Part shown: one piece after another, positions 1 to 13,600 of the stretch
Numbering within the stretch: the stretch's first letter is position 1
Layout: the number at the start of each line of letters is the position of its first letter
The notes under the pieces: model-generated
Database searches by the model: none
What the model was told of the DNA's origin: nothing
What the model saw: only the letters and a program-made list of their open reading frames with translations
Assembly (NCBI RefSeq): GCF_006345805.1
Contig: NC_043002.1
Location: 35,526,001 to 35,590,000 of the forward strand
Direction of reading: 5' to 3'
Origin: Octopus sinensis
Lineage: Eukaryota
DNA length: 64,000 bases
Program-made: the position numbers and the translations under genes

Positions 1-1503
1 AGCTTGTTTGTGTTGTGTCAATATAACCCGTTTCAAAGAGAGCTTATTTGTTTTAAGTATATAAGATCAGGTTTGTAGGGAGAGAGTAGGCAGAGTTGAT
101 TTTCATGAGAAATGCATGTGAGCTAAATAGCACTTGTTACTAATGCTTTCCTCCAGTCCTTAAATTCACCTTTCAGCTAATCAACAGTTTAGTCTTCAAG
201 AGGGGGTAGTAGTCCCAAATCCAACATTAAATTTGAAGAATGAAAGATGGAAAATGAAGTCCAAAATTGAAACTAGATTAGCAATCAGGATGCTAAGTCA
301 TGAAATTGCTCATATGAATGCTAGTTGTCATCCTGTTATCTCCAAGATTAATGAAGGGGTATGCCCAAGTGAAATTATTCACTAAGAGGTCACTGAGTAC
401 TTTAGTTTGAAATCAAGCCACTAAGGAGGTCTGTATGTAGTCATACAATTTGACAGAATTAGTAACAAAATTTCACTGAAATCATGCTCTCCGTTTAAAA
501 AAGAAAAACGGACAATGCATAGTGTAATCTTAGTCATGTATGAAAAAGGAAGGATGCAGCATGAATGCTTTTAAATAGATCTGCTTGATCAAAGCTAACC
601 TGGATTTAAACAATTCTGAAATACTCAATGCTGTCTACTAAAGTGCAACATGATCAACTGTTTGTGCTATGTCACAGGAAAAGTGAGGAGTGGAACCAGT
701 GAAAAGAAGGTGCAGGATCAATGGATAGGTTGATCAAATTAGAGTTTAAGTGATGCAGAAACTTTGGTTCTGATTTTGTGCAACACTTGATTTGTTTTGA
801 CTCGGTCTCAACACAATCTCTGTAAAGGAGAGATACTAAATGGAGTCAACCCTTCCTTACATTACTGATACATGAAATCTAGAGGGATGAATGCAAAATT
901 GCTATGCAAGTGTGATTTGAACTTAGAGATCAGCAAGATGCAAAACATTACAATATACAATAAAGCATTTCCCGCTCTACAGTGCCAGCCACTTACCTTT
1001 ACAAGCAGGATGGTTTTTTTCAACATAGGAATGAGGGGAAATTTTGATCCTGTATTTGTCTGGTACTTATTTTGTCAATCTCAGCATGTTGCTGAGGGAT
1101 GTAACCAGACACAAGGTACTCATCACTACTAATGCACCACTCATAAGTATAATTCATGAATTGGATAAAATGTCAATACAATAATACAAAATACAGTGGT
1201 GAACAATACTTGATATAAGAATCTTGTGTATATTAGAAGTGTCTATTTTTACCAGATCAACATTGAGATTGAATTTCAGATACATAATACCAGAACAATG
1301 ACCTGAAACACTAGGGAGATGTGCATGTACCAATACATGAATATAGTGTTTGATGTGAGAATATTGAGGAAGGTCAGGATGTAGAAAATGTTCAAGTATT
1401 GCTGACTTGCCCAACTGTCTCTGTAGACAAAATGGTGGTGATGTAATGATGATAATCATGGTAACGTTGGTGGCAGTGATTGCAATGATATAGAATGACA
1501 TAC

Positions 1504-1605
1504 CTGTTTAGGTTCTTCTATATGAGGTCGATGGATACGTTGTTTCAATGCAAAAGCAGGAGAGGCTGGAATAGTCACTGGAAGAGATTCAGCTTCTTTC
1601 ACACC
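1504..1605 (-). CDS. TPX2: TPX2 coding exon 10
   Basis: TTATTTCAG acceptor and GTATGT donor, 102 nt, phase 0 to 0; GVKEAESLPVTIPASPAFALKQRIHRPHIEEPKQ. Confidence 0.92.
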
Positions 1606-4600
1606 CTGAAATAAAAGAAATCAACAATGACAGAAACCGGCTATTCTTTCTTTATCAACTCAAAATACACCACACCATGCAACACAAGCTACACAACACC
1701 AACACATAGGAAGCTAGTATGGTCAATCATCTATACCTAAATTTCCTCCAAACCACACCATCCAAAAATAAAGCAAGATGGTCATGGTAAGAAAGACTGA
1801 CTACAGGCCTGATTAATTAGGATTGACCTGAGACTAAACAAAATCTTTTAAGCAGTCCACTTCACAAAAGTGTTTCAGGTTAGAACAAATATTACAAAGA
1901 AAAAGTAAAATTATTAAGTACCACAACTCCTCGAAGTATTTCAGTAGGAACAGGCTGAGCACGGAATCGGTAATCAATTTCATCATCAGTACAAGCCCTC
2001 TTTGTTGAAGGAATCTTGCTGCCAGGCAAATCAAATGGTTTCACAACAGTTGGCTCTTTCTTTGGTACTTCTTTCACACCAACAGGTGCCTCAAGGATCT
2101 TCCTATTTACATCCTTTGCCTTGAATTGATTCCTATACAAAAAGATAATTTCAAATAAAATAATGACTTCCAACATTGGTTCAAGGCCATGAATTCTAGA
2201 GTGGGATGGTTAAGGTGATTTAACCAACCCCAGAAAGTCACAGCTATTTCTTTCATTAACCTCAGATGAATGGAAGTCAAGGTATACTAATGAGATTTGA
2301 ACTCAACATAAACAGGAATAATTGAATAATGCAATGTAGAAAGGTAATTAGATATTCTAGCACTTCTGCAGACAGGGTAAGTTTTGTACAAAAAAAAAAT
2401 ACAATTGATTTAACTCAACATTAATACATAACATGTAGTTATTTTATGCTCATAAACCACCATTAAAAGATTTGGTCGCAAGATATAAGAAACAGAGGCA
2501 TCAGTTTGAAATTTAGTGGAATAGTGTCTGGGACCTTTTCCTATGTATTTTCAAAAATTCCCAACTAATTATAGGGTTAACCTTATTACACCAACCAAAG
2601 CTCCACAATACACAAAGCTAAATCCACACACTGAGAACTCATAACTACAGAGATACAATATGAACTAAAGAGGGAACTGCAAGAAATTATGCATTATTAG
2701 AGGAAAGACATTAAACAGTATAGATTTAGATATAGAAAAAGGATGGTCATGACTAGAATATCTGATTACAGGCTTGCTTGATTAGGGCTGACCTAAGCTA
2801 CACAACACAAGAACCACACAGTAAGAGAGAAATGAAAGTAATAGCTTACATCTTTATCTCTTCCAGTTCTTTCTCTTCCAACTCCTTCTTGCTGAGAACA
2901 CGTACAGGTCGTAACCTATCTTTGCTGCTCAACTGAGGAGACTTGGCAATGGTGCATCTTGGTGCACACCAAGCTTTCTTTGGAGCAGGTTCTGAAATGC
3001 AAAAAGAAAATTAGGTTAAGTGGTGCAAATGAGAATGAGCATGTACATGTGAAGAGAGGCATGTAAGGACAATGAAAAGGAATAAGGGGGAGGAATAGAG
3101 AAGTGAGGAACAATAGAGGCAAAAGATGAACAAGCTTGCCTTTTTAGTCAGTTATCAAGGAATTATGTCACTTGTGTTGTTAAATAGCATAGCCTAGCAA
3201 AGACAAGTCTACAAATATGGTGGACAAGGATGTATTTAATCAAATAAATTGACTTCAGCAAGATTTGAAATTGGGATACCAAAAAGATACCCAAATAGTA
3301 CTATACATTGACTTACAATCAACAATTTAAAATAGCTAACCAACAGAACTGTAGTAACTATATTTGATGTAAATCATCAAACAGCCATTTTACATGTATG
3401 CATCCCTTTTATGGCTGGGTGCACCTCCCAACACCAACTGCTTTACAGAGTGTACTGGGTCCTTTTTTGTAGCATTGGTGAGTTCACCAAGCAACTCAAA
3501 AAACTAAGAAAAAATATCTACTAAGTGGGAGTGTAGTTGAGAGGGAAATGGCTTTATGTCAGGCGTCGAGAGGCTAAAATATGACAAAGGCAGGAGGTAT
3601 CTTGTAGAAGAGATACATGGTTACCCCACATTAGTAGCTGGAAAGAGATAAAGATTGAGGTTACAAGATGTCAGGGTCTTATCCTCAAGGTACTGGAATA
3701 GTATATAAGAGAGAAGAGGGAGAGATGATTAAGTTTGCCAGAGTTCAAGATATAGGTGAAAAATGGTTGGGCATATATGTGAATAAAGTTTAGGCTCTTT
3801 GCTAGTTAATGTATTTCTCTAAGATACAAAGAATTATCTTAAGTAAATTATACTCTTTTGTTGCTACTCTTGTACTTAAACGTTTGGTCAATAATGACAA
3901 ATTAATTTCCTCATTGAAAATGAGTGAAAAGAAAAAAACTGAAGCAGAGGGAATTTGGGAATTTTAGAATAAAAGCGTGAGTAGGTGGGTTTGAGTAATG
4001 TACACTATGAAAGCAACAATCATGTAGATAACTAAGCTATTTTTTTAGAAATTAACACATGCAAAAATTCAAACTTTTAACTAGAAATTTGGTTTTGACA
4101 AAATTCATGTTTTAAATCAACACAAGAATAAAAAATCTTCATTAGCAGCTTTGAATCAATAGAGAAAAAAAATGTGAATACATGGCTGTGGGGGTGTTGA
4201 TTTTACTTGCAATAACAATGTTCCAGGGTCAATCCCACTGTGTGGTACACCTTGAGAAACTAACTTCTACCATAGTCACAAGGCAAATCAAGTCCCATCA
4301 GTGTAATTGAGTTCAAATTTTCATAAGGACCCTACATTTAATCCAAGAGCCCAGTTTTATTTGTTGTACTGATTCTGTCTGAGGATTAGGTTAAGGCTAC
4401 AAGTTTCTAAGGAATACTTGGATACTTTCATTATGACTGAATAAATTCAGTGATGAAGCTTTGTTAAAAATTAATAAAATAAAAAATAAAAAAAAAAAAA
4501 AATCAACAAATCCACCATCTTTAGTGTGTATTGAATGTTCAAGAAGTGAATCAATAGTTATGAATGAATATATATATATATATATATAGCATTGCTAATA

Positions 4601-7600
4601 ATTTCAAGTCATCATCTGATAACTGTCTCCCATGCTAGCATGGGTAGAATGGTTTGACACTAGTGAAGTTGGCTTGCAACTCACAAGACGAAAAAGCCTT
4701 TCAACTGAATGGGACTGTGGAAGAGAGGAAAGGCAGCTTGATGCCAGATTAGGAAAGGCTTGAGGAATAGGTGTCCTGTGGTAGGGGAGATACAAGGTCA
4801 CATTACATGCAAATTGTGTGTGTGTGTGTGTTACACATTTAAATTCTCCAGTTTCAGTGGAAAAGTTGTTACATATGACATGATTAATGTAAAGATAAAT
4901 TTACTGTGTTATAGTAAGGTAAAAAAATTTCCACACCCAGCTTTCAAATATGTTTCTTTCAAAAGTAACTATCTAGTGATGATAATTCAATTTATCAGCA
5001 TCATCATCATCATCATCATCATCATCGTTTAGCGTCCGTTTTCCATGGACGCACATTACATGCAAATTGTGTGTGTGTGTGTTACACATTTAAATTCTCC
5101 AGTTTCAGTGGAAAAGTTGTTACATATGACATGATTAATGTAAAGATAAATTTACTGTGTTATAGTAAGGTAAAAAAAATTTCCACACCCAGCTTTCAAA
5201 TATGTTTCTTTCAAAAGTAACTATCTAGTGATGATAATTCAATTTATCAGCAATAAGTATAAATTTGAAAATTGAGTTGATAGATGAAAAGATACTTAAA
5301 AAAAATCTGAAATCAAAATTGGATTTTAAATCAAATTGTTTCCTTAACCATTGTAAAGAAAGGCATATAACAAAGTCTACCTCTGAGTCCATGGGTGGAC
5401 ATCAGTTCAATTAGTGTTTCACATTTATTGTATTTATTTTGCAGCATGAAAACACTTTTGTAAAAGGAAAAAGGAAACACTTGAAAATTAAATACAACAT
5501 CCTTGATGCAAGTTGAATTGTATCTACCACCATAGCCTGTTAGATACATTGAACAGACATGTTAGAATAATGATTTTAACTTCTTTAAGAGATTCTCTAT
5601 TAAAAATTGATATGACATAGATGATTGGTACCACTTAAGGCCTGTCCACACATTGAGCAGTACCTGGCAGTTACTGTTGAGTGCTGCTAGATGACCAGCA
5701 GTAGCAGGTGTGGTACAATCTTCATAATGTATCACATGAATAATCACAAGACACTTAAACCAAAGAGTATAGTGCTGTGTACCAATGTCCAATCATGTGG
5801 GTGGGCATGGGTAAGAATAAAATTTTCAAGAATTACATTCCCAAAATCAGGGTGGGTCTTCCACAATGCAACATCTACCATCCTACAAAATATGGTAAGT
5901 AGTTAGCAGTTAAAATGGTCATGCAGCTGTAACAGTGTGCAAGTGTAAATATTTAATCAAACCAATTATCTTACAGAATGGAATTGAAGATAGAAATAAA
6001 GTTACAAAAAAATTTCAAATACCTTTTGTATGAGACCTATAGCGATCTGGAGTTTTCCTAGAGAAGTTATTAATTTGTTCTGCTACTGACTGAAATTTGA
6101 TATTAGTGGCTGTAGTCTTGTGATTCATTTCACTAAACTTAAAAGGTTGAACAACTGTCCTTGTTGGCATCTTTGATGCTGGCTGCAAGACAGAAAAAAA
6201 ATATACTCTTTTCATTTGCTTCAGTCAGACTGGAACTTGTCTAGAGGAATACATCAATCCTATTATTTGTATGTGGTACTTTATCATTATCTGTCTACAG
6301 TTTTAGTTTCATAGAGATGCAATTTGATACATCAGTAAAATAAACACTATACATGCATCGAACTTAATAGAAAAACTATTCAGTGTGCCATGGGATGGGA
6401 CTGAACTCAGGACCATGTGGTTTCAAAGACAAAATCTTAACCACATGGCATTACCAACACACACAGTGTGCAACAGTCATATGCATCACTCCCAAATGGT
6501 CTACAGGTGCCTGGAATTATTATCATTTAACTCTTGACATCACTTTAGGTCCCTAAAATTTTCAAGTGTATAAATAAAAAAAAAAAATTTTTATGAAAAA
6601 AATGACAAAAGCCAATTTAATGGCTTTTTTTTTTTTTTACTAAATCCAAAAATCTGTACTTCCAAAATAATGGACAGTATACTACATAGAAATATGGTTG
6701 CCAAAAATTTAAACAGCTGCCATGCTCTGGGGTGGGGTCTGACATGAGTAATGCATATCATAGATCAAGGGTTCAACCTAATTAAAGAATGACAGTCCTA
6801 CTTTGATTATGCAAAGTGATTGGTGATAGGAAGGACATCCAGTTGCAAAAAGAAGAAACATGGACCTCTGCAAATTGTAATACAAGCATCCCATCAAAAA
6901 CTGAATAAAAATCAAATACAAAGTATTAATGCTACCCTGTATCCCTACCATAGCTTCTAGTTCCAGTGAAATGAAATGCAACCAGTTCATGCTTGGTGAC
7001 AAAGACATCCAACCACAAAAATGACAAGATGTGGCAATTTGGCAATTATATGAGAATGATATGGTATTTGTTACAACACTGTGTTGAGTTCAAATCCCAC
7101 TCAGGACAACTTTGCCAGTCATCCTGTTAGGAGTCCATAAAAAATAACAGTTCAAGGTAGTGAACTGACAGAACTGTAAGAATATCAGAGGAGATCCCTT
7201 ACAGTAATTGTTCCTGTTCCTTGCATTCTGAGTTCAAAGCTCAATCTGGGTGGTATCTATCTATTGCTCAGTTTAATACCACCACCACCTTGGATACCTT
7301 TAGCAAAATCATATAAGTATCTGAAACAGGTTTCTAGTTTGAGAATACCTTCTTCCTCCTCCTACTAGTCTCGGAAGAAGTAGTACTCATGACCTTGCAA
7401 AGGGTTGTGAGTACTGCTTTCTCCCTGACAAAAAGAAAAGACCAGTCCAATTTGTGCTATTGTGATAAAGCAGACATGAAATGATTAATTCCAAAGAACT
7501 AGTTTCAACTTTTTCCATCATTACATACAATTTAACACAGTATAGTTAGCTATATCAGTTCTGACATTGTCACAAAGCCACAAATTTGGCAGGCAGACAA

Positions 7601-10600
7601 ACTTATCTAACATATGTACACTTATACAAGCAGTAGTTTGACTACAATATAAAAATTTAACCAAATATCGCCAAGTATTTTATGATACTTAAACTACTGC
7701 AATATCTTATCTAAATTTCTAATGCTTTTAGAATAATATTCTATGAATGCCTTCTTACACAGCTATTTGCTGGAACTTTTTTAAAAAAGAAAAACATTTT
7801 CTGCATTAAATGCTTAATTGTTTTGAAAGCCAGATGTCTTTAATGCTAAGTATCCAATGCAATAGGAGTGCATCCTTTTTCACTGAAGTAAACTGGAGCA
7901 GCAATAATAGTCATAAGATCACAAAATAAATTGTGTGCATATATCCCAAGTCTATGTTGCACTAGTCTAAAAGCTGCTGTTTATGCTGTGTTACAAGGTT
8001 TAACAAATACGAACTGAGAAAGTACTGGAGCCAATTTGATCAACTAAAATCTTTGTAGTGTTCCTTATGTCACCCAGTGTTTTAAATACAGGTTTTGTCC
8101 CCGTTAACGGGGGTGGCTGGATCTACCTCAATGCCATAGCAACTGCCCTCACACCATCTCACCCTGTTTTAGGTGTCGTCCCCATCTCCTCGTCCATGTT
8201 TTCCTCAGTCTACCTCACTTTCTCAGTTCATTTGCCTCAAACTCAAGCACCCCCCTCAGAACATGTTCATACCACTGCACTCCTGTCACCCTTGCCAGCC
8301 ATTCTGATTCCTCCAACCCCAGCATCCCCATCAAATCCTCAGTCTACCTCTTAAACAGCTTCACTCCACATATTTCTCTCACAATTGCTCTTTTGGTCCT
8401 TCTCAAAATTGCCATCTCTCTCTCTCTCCTTTAGACACCATGTCTCACTACCACACAGCATTGCAGTCCTCATGCAACTCCTATAGACCCTTCCTTTCAT
8501 CTTCAATGAGAACCTTTTCCCATATAACAACATGACTGAAACCATTAAAAGAATAAAATATAAACCTATCCAGAAGGGACTGAAATGTCACTTACGCAAC
8601 TTTTGTCTTCTTTGCGCAAGATCTGAGACAATTCTGTAATTGGAGATTTTACATTGTCAACTGAGTGACTACGGAGTCGTTTATCAGAGCTGAACTGAAA
8701 TTCTTTTGCAACTGTCAATTTTTTGTTGGAGGTAATAGGCTGATATCCCTTGGAATTCTTCACTCTTTTCAGTGATTCTGCAGCCATTTTCTTAGCTTCC
8801 AAAGCCTTATTTCGTGCGATTTCCATCTGTTGTCGTTCAATTTCCTCATAAGTCATGGGTTTAGATGTTCTATAATAGGAAGAAAGATAAAACAAAGTTT
8901 TTATCAATGTCATGCACCAGTAGTCAACCATTTTGTACACCCATGTCACACAAGACACCTTATGCTTATTCTATTCATTGACATAAAATATAATTTGGTG
9001 GTTTTTACAGTTGACCAGACAAACATGTTTAAATATTCAACTTCAGATGTTAAGATGGTATTACTTTAAAAATTTAAGTTTTAATAAGATGTTTACCAAA
9101 ACAGCTACAGGCATACAAAGAAAGAAAACTCTAGGACCAAAGACAATTTTGAAAGGAATAAATCAAGGATCAACGTTTAAAAATTATTACCATCTAATTT
9201 GAATTATTTTAATGCAATAAAATTATTAAAGAAATTATTACACCACAATTACATCACTTTGAAGTTAGGGTTGGGAGCATATAGCTAATGTTGATTTTAA
9301 GTTTTCATAAGGTGAACAAGGAAAAAAGGATTAGCATTGACATTTTTATAAGATATGAACTCAAGATCATTGTTGTTCTGTCACAAGTCAGTATCAATTG
9401 AAACTTATGATTAAAAGGGGTTCCAGTTATGATCAAGTTATCTCTTCTGACTACATGATCTAATGTGTCTTCTCTTTAAGAGTGACACAAAGGAAATTCG
9501 AAATTTTTAGCAGATCAAGCAATCACATAAATGCTGCCTTGATCCCAGCAAATGTAGCTCAATATATCTTCCCTTTACCACTATTGTTTATATAAATATA
9601 CCAATACAAAGTAAGGAATTTGTAGAATGTAACAATGTCCATAACTAGTTTTATCACTTATGAAACCAACCTATAGAATAAGAATGCAAACCGAGTATTT
9701 ATAGTTTGACCATTAGGCTCAACAAATAACTGGTATTTCTCTATCTCAAACGAATAACTGGTATTTCTCTTTAACTCAAACAAATAACTGGTATTTCTCT
9801 TTAACTCAAACGAATAACTGGTATTTCTCTTTAACTCAAACAAATAACTGGAATTTTTCTTATCTATTCCTGCAAACAAAGTAGCTGATCAATTAATATA
9901 GTCTACAGCAAACATCTACCTATTATTGTAGTGTTTGGGTCTGATTCAGCCTTAACACGCAACTAGCTTTCTCGTCAAATCCATCTCTTGAAAAATTACA
10001 AAGGTAGTTCTGAGGTGGCAAGGATACTAGAAATACACAAACAAAACAAACCCTACTGACCTGAGAAGGTTTTCTTTTAACTTTGGAGCCGTGTTCTTGA
10101 CAGCCAGCTTATCCAAGGAACCTGAACGCCTGAATTGAAATTTATCTTTAGGCGCTACTTTGTTGATACTGCTTGAAGAGATTGAACGTCTCAGATTACT
10201 TTTGTTTAGTTTCTCTGTAGATCCAGATTTACTTTCTCTGAGTTTTGACATACTTTGATTTGTTTTTTTATTTGTAGAACATACTGGATCAATCTTGGAA
10301 TTAGCATCTTTACTAAGACTTCTTTGGTGATTATTTCCTTCTGGTTGGTCAGATTTGTTAGGTTGTGGCTCTGATTCTTTTCTTTAAAAATGAAAAAATA
10401 AATAAAAATTAAAACATCTACCTTGCTACTAACCATCTTATTAGTCTACTGCTATCCCTCTCTCTGTTACTCATCTATCACTCTTTTCTATCATTCCTTT
10501 ATCATCACAATATCTCTTCTATAATCCCTTTCTCATTCCTTTCATTGCCATTCTTGTTCATTTCACTCTGACCACTCTCCAGAGACAACACAGAGAAGAG

Positions 10601-13600
10601 GGGACCCATCCTAAGTCTTGGTGGAGAAAAATCAACTAATATGGTGTTGGTCAATAAAAAAGCAACAACATAGAACAAAGTCTCACTAGAAACCAAACAA
10701 ACCCTAGTGCTATCACAAAATGTACAAAATATTGTGAAGTGGTTGCTGAAGAAAAGAGCATCCTGCCATAGAAACCATACCAAAAATGAAATATGACCCA
10801 TCTGAGAAAGAATTAATTCCAAATAAGAGCTTGGGGCTGCAACACTCCATCCAAATCAAACCAGCATAGAAAAGGAGGCATAAAAGATAATGATGAATAG
10901 CATCAAAATTATTCACAAAGCTTATCAAGTATTTGGAAATGCAAATTTATTGAAATCCAATAGAAATAAAATTTTAATATTTGAACACCCTAAATAATGA
11001 GCCATTCATATTCCCAGTTTCTCTTCACAGTCTGATGCCACCTGTAGCATAGACAACCAAGACATTTGGGAAAGTAAAGGGTAAAGGCATGCATTTTCTC
11101 TGCATCACCCATTAATATAATTGCATTTGGTGAACAAGTGTCATTGACTTGAAGTTAAAATGGGCCAATCATTGGATCACTGCATTTCTAATAAGCAAGA
11201 AATTGCTTAGGGATTGTCTAAGCAACTCATCAAGGAATAAAGGACACTCAATGTTTTTTATTCAGTAGCACCAGGTGTTTTGAGAGGTTTTCTCACCAAT
11301 ACACACCAGCAAAAGACGCAAAGTCAGGTTCCTGTTTCTCTCAACCAAATTCTACCCACAAGGCATGTGAGCCCAGGAATATAGTAAGACACCCAATATG
11401 CCATACAATAGGGTTGAACCCAGAACCATATGAAGCAAACTAACAACATGTCTGCAGTTCACATGATATAATTATACCATAAAATACTTACTTTGATGAC
11501 TTAAAGATCCCTACAGTAGGTTGCTCTGAATCTGGCTGAGGGTTTCTCAAAACCCTTCGTGGTCCTTTACTACAAACAAAAGTAAAATAAATTTAAATAG
11601 TCAGAAAAAAAATTTCTATGAAAGCTAAGCTCTAGGTATTTCATCATCATCATCGTTTAACGTCCGTTCTCCATGCTAGCATGGGTTGGACGGTTCGACT
11701 GGGGATCTGGGAAGCCAGAAGGCTGCACCAGGCTCCGGTCTTATCTGGCAATGTTTCTACAGCTGGATGCCCTTCCTAACGCCAACCACTCCGTGAGTGT
11801 AGTGTGTGCTTTTTACGTGCCACCTGCACCGGTGCCAGGCGAGGCTGGCATTGGCCACGGTTGGATTGGTGCATTTTACGTGCCACCTGCACGGAAGCCA
11901 GTCGAGGCGGCACTGGCTTCGGCCACGATTCGGATGGTGCTTTTTACGTGCCACCAACACAGAAGCCAGTCGAGGCAGCGCTGGCATCAGCCACGATTCG
12001 GATAGTGCTTTTTATGTATCTCCAGTCCAGGGATCCTGGCATCTGCCGGGTGCCAGTCATAGGATTGGTTTAATTTCGATTCCAATTTCACTTGCCCCAA
12101 CAGGTCTTCGCAAGCATAGGTGCCTGTCGTCGGATGAGGTTCGATATCGACTTCGCTTGCCTCAACAGGTCTTTGTGTGTCCAAGGGAGGAAAGGCATGC
12201 ATAAGTGGGCTGGACTCACTTGTCCTGCTTGGTCTTCTCACGCACAGCATATTTCCAAAGGTCTCGGTCGCTGGTCATTTCCTCAGTGAGACCTAAAGTT
12301 CGAAGGTCGTGCTTCACCACCTCGTCCCAAGTTTTCCTGGGTCTACCTCTTCCACGGGTTCCCTCCACTGCTAGGGATTGGCACTTTTTCACACACCTAT
12401 CTTCATCCATTCTCGCCACATGACCATACCAGCGCAATCGTCTCTCTTGCACACCACAACTGATGCTCCTTAGGTCCAACATTTCTCTCAGGGTACTAAC
12501 GCTCTGTCGAGCATGCACACTGACATTACACATCCATCGGAGCATACTGGCTTCATTTCTCGTGAGCTTACGCATGTTCTCAGCAGTCACGGCCCGGAGA
12601 TTTATACATTACTCTAGGCTGTTAATATAGGTTTACAAATTTAGGCAGAAAAGTTGATGACAGTTATATTGCCTTCCACTAGAGCTTCCTTCCAAACTTT
12701 GTGCTAATTTTTTTTTTTATTGCTTAGCTAGAGTTCAAAAAGCAGCGCCCTTGTTTTCAGACTCTTCAACACAAGTGGTAGGAGTGGAGGAGTTGCAGAG
12801 GAAAAGAGTTGAAAGCAGTGCATTAAGACATCGTGTCTAAGGATATCTGATTATCCTTAGACACAAAACCTGGCCAGATTACTTGCACTTAAAGTACCTG
12901 AGATTTAGGTAGTCAAGGTAATTGCACCAATGTTTTAACTACATATTCTAATTGTCCTCTAAAGTGCATTTTCAGTTGCTGTTTTGGCTGATCAAAGGGT
13001 TTTAGGCAACAGCTTTCTTTTGAAAGCTATCTCTAGGACTATATAACAAGTATCCTTTCTTGAATGTGTAGTTAAAAAGTTTGCTTCATGACCATATTTA
13101 GGGCTTGTTACCCCTAAACCATGTAACAGTGTGGGTAAGTATCTTCTACATTGGACTGAAGCTGACCAATGACTTACCAAGAGGAATTGGTAAATGAAAG
13201 CTATAATTATTTTAACATCCACTTTTCCATGCTTGTATGGGTCAGATGGAGTTTACTGAGATTTTTTTACTGTCAGATGCCATTCCTGTTTCCAAGCAAA
13301 GAATTTTCCCATGCCAGACATGCTTATGCAGATCATTGGGAATGAATGCTTGTAACACAGTGATACTCATTTACAATTATCATGTGTGAAGATGTGACAA
13401 TATCTTTTAATTTCCATCTACCAAATCCACTCACAAGGCTTTGGTTGGCCCAGAGCTATAGCTGAAGACATTTGCCCAAAGTACCACACTGTGGGACTGA
13501 ACTGAAAGGTCACCGTTCACACAAATGCCATTTGTTTTCAACTTGTTGCAAAAGCGTGTCTGGCCTTTGAGCTGATCAGATTTTCACGAACCAGATGCTC

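Noticed and set aside
1154-1501. Minus-strand ORF with an in-phase acceptor near 1421 as TPX2 exon 11
   Set aside because: The frame is compatible, but the peptide (RQLGKSAILEHF...) lacks the TPX2 motifs expected next, so it is left uncalled. True downstream exons are probably left of the window.
11805-12017. CRISPR-like repeat/spacer periodicity
   Set aside because: The spacers are homologous to each other, the array lies in a LINE 3' UTR in an animal genome, and there are no cas genes.
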